DNA of 64,000 nucleotides from Sumerlaeia bacterium (GTDB lineage Bacteria; Sumerlaeota; Sumerlaeia; SLMS01; JAHLLQ01): NCBI GenBank assembly GCA_040219255.1, contig JAVJSW010000027.1, positions 1 to 64,000 of the forward strand, read 5' to 3'. Shown piece by piece: positions 62,897 to 64,000 of this stretch (position 1 is its first letter; each line of letters starts with the position of its first letter). The notes under the pieces were generated by a model. It saw only the letters and a program-made list of their open reading frames with translations, ran no database searches and was not told where the DNA came from. The position numbers and the translations under genes were made by a program.

Positions 62897-63442
62897 TCAC
62901 TCCAAGAGCAGGAGGGCGAAGAGCTGCATGGGTTCGCCGGCTTCGCGGACGAGCAGTTTTTGCCAGTGCAGCATGTCGAAGGTGTCTTTGAGTTCGATGC
63001 CGAGGGATTCGAGGGTGGGCCGTGACTTACCCGGGTAGTCGCAGGGGCGCAGGGAGTCGTCGTGGTGGAGCGCCAGGCAGTTGCCGATGGCGATGGCGAA
63101 GGCGCGGCTGTAGCCGCGGGTGAGGCATTCGGCTTCCATGCCCATGATCTGCTGGTAGAATTCGCGCCAGACTTGGCCGGCGTCGCGTTCGCCAAAGGGT
63201 TCCTCGCGGCGGATCATGAGGCCGAATTTGTATTCGTCGAGGATTTCGCGGGCTTCCGGGGCGGTGGGGCAGTGGGGCGGCACGGTGTCGGACTGGCGGG
63301 TCATGGAGCAGGTGTACTGGCACCGCAGTCGGGTGGCGCGGGTGGTGAAGACCTGGGGGGTGTGGATGAATTTGATTTCGGACAGGCCGATGGAGTCGGG
63401 TTTGTTGATGAGCCGGGCGACGTAGCGTTCGCGGACTTCCAT
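62897..63442 (-). CDS. DUF2284-like predicted metal-binding protein
   Basis: RLRCQY.C, PPHCP, GY..AFA...GNC and C.YP.KSRPTLESLGI. Confidence 0.75.
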   Translation of the reverse strand: MEVRERYVARLINKPDSIGLSEIKFIHTPQVFTTRATRLRCQYTCSMTRQSDTVPPHCPTAPEAREILDEYKFGLMIRREEPFGERDAGQVWREFYQQIMGMEAECLTRGYSRAFAIAIGNCLALHHDDSLRPCDYPGKSRPTLESLGIELKDTFDMLHWQKLLVREAGEPMQLFALLLLE

Positions 63443-63447
63443 GGGGG

Positions 63448-63909
63448 TCAACTCCGGCCCGCGGGCTTGCGGGGGGTCTTGGCGTCTTTGCGGCCGAGGT
63501 TCTGACAGACGCGATCGAGGACGCCGTTGACGAAGCGGGCGCTGTTGGTGTCGCCGAAGCGGCGGGCCAGTTCGATGTATTCGTTGATGAGGACGCGCAC
63601 CGGGACGTCGGGCATGGCGAGGAGTTCGCCGACGGCGACGCGAAGGACGGCTCGGTCGGGAGCGCCGAGGCGGTCGAGGGTCCAGCCGGTGAGGGCATCG
63701 ACGAGGATGTCTTCGATTTCGGATTCGCGCTCGTCCATGGCGGCGAGGATAGCGCTGGCGTAATCGTCGGCGACGCGCAGGCCTTCTTCGTCGCCGTGGG
63801 AGCCGAGTTGGCCGACGAGGGTGAGGGTTTGCGGCAGGTCCGCTTCGGTGAATTCTCTGGCGTAAGCGACTTGCAGAGCGGCTTCGCGGCTAATCCGGCG
63901 CTTGCCCAT
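63448..63909 (-). CDS. nusB: Transcription antitermination factor NusB
   Basis: RRISREAALQ, W.LDRL...DRAVLR and V.INEYIELARRFG...SARFVNGVLD. Confidence 0.96.
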   Translation of the reverse strand: MGKRRISREAALQVAYAREFTEADLPQTLTLVGQLGSHGDEEGLRVADDYASAILAAMDERESEIEDILVDALTGWTLDRLGAPDRAVLRVAVGELLAMPDVPVRVLINEYIELARRFGDTNSARFVNGVLDRVCQNLGRKDAKTPRKPAGRS

Positions 63910-64000
63910 GGGTGGTTGGCTCGTTGGTGAGTTGGCGGCGTGGGGAAAAGAGAAACCTCCCGCACCCGCGGATAAAGACCTTGGGGCGGGAGGCTGGGCT

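Overview
GC-rich bacterial chromosomal window, read by eye with no database searches run. The protein families (pilin-like paralogs ending in YDPTNGxxSxGD, golvesin-like CBM fusions, Trp-containing C-terminal tails, bamA together with mcsAB-clpC) suggest Ca. Sumerlaeota/BRC1, but this is an inference. Most of the window is housekeeping or envelope genes: tsaD, nadA, hisS, leuS, bamA, gltD, mcsA-mcsB-clpC, ruvB, murJ, nusB. Two regions stand out. (1) At 25.7-34.4 kb is an intact, host-like Mu-type virion module: portal, protease/scaffold, decoration protein, major capsid, gp36-like adaptor, a probable gp37 terminator/distal-tail fusion, and a tail-tip hub. It has no terminase, tail tube, tape measure, lysis or integration genes, and host REP-like palindromes fill its spacers. 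It is a candidate domesticated GTA-like or tail-tube-less particle. (2) At 0-2.4 kb is a decayed island with an integrase remnant, the 3' end of a group II intron, and two Rhs tip/immunity-like cassettes whose tips resemble the animal Isthmin-type AMOP domain. No rRNA, tRNA or CRISPR array was seen.
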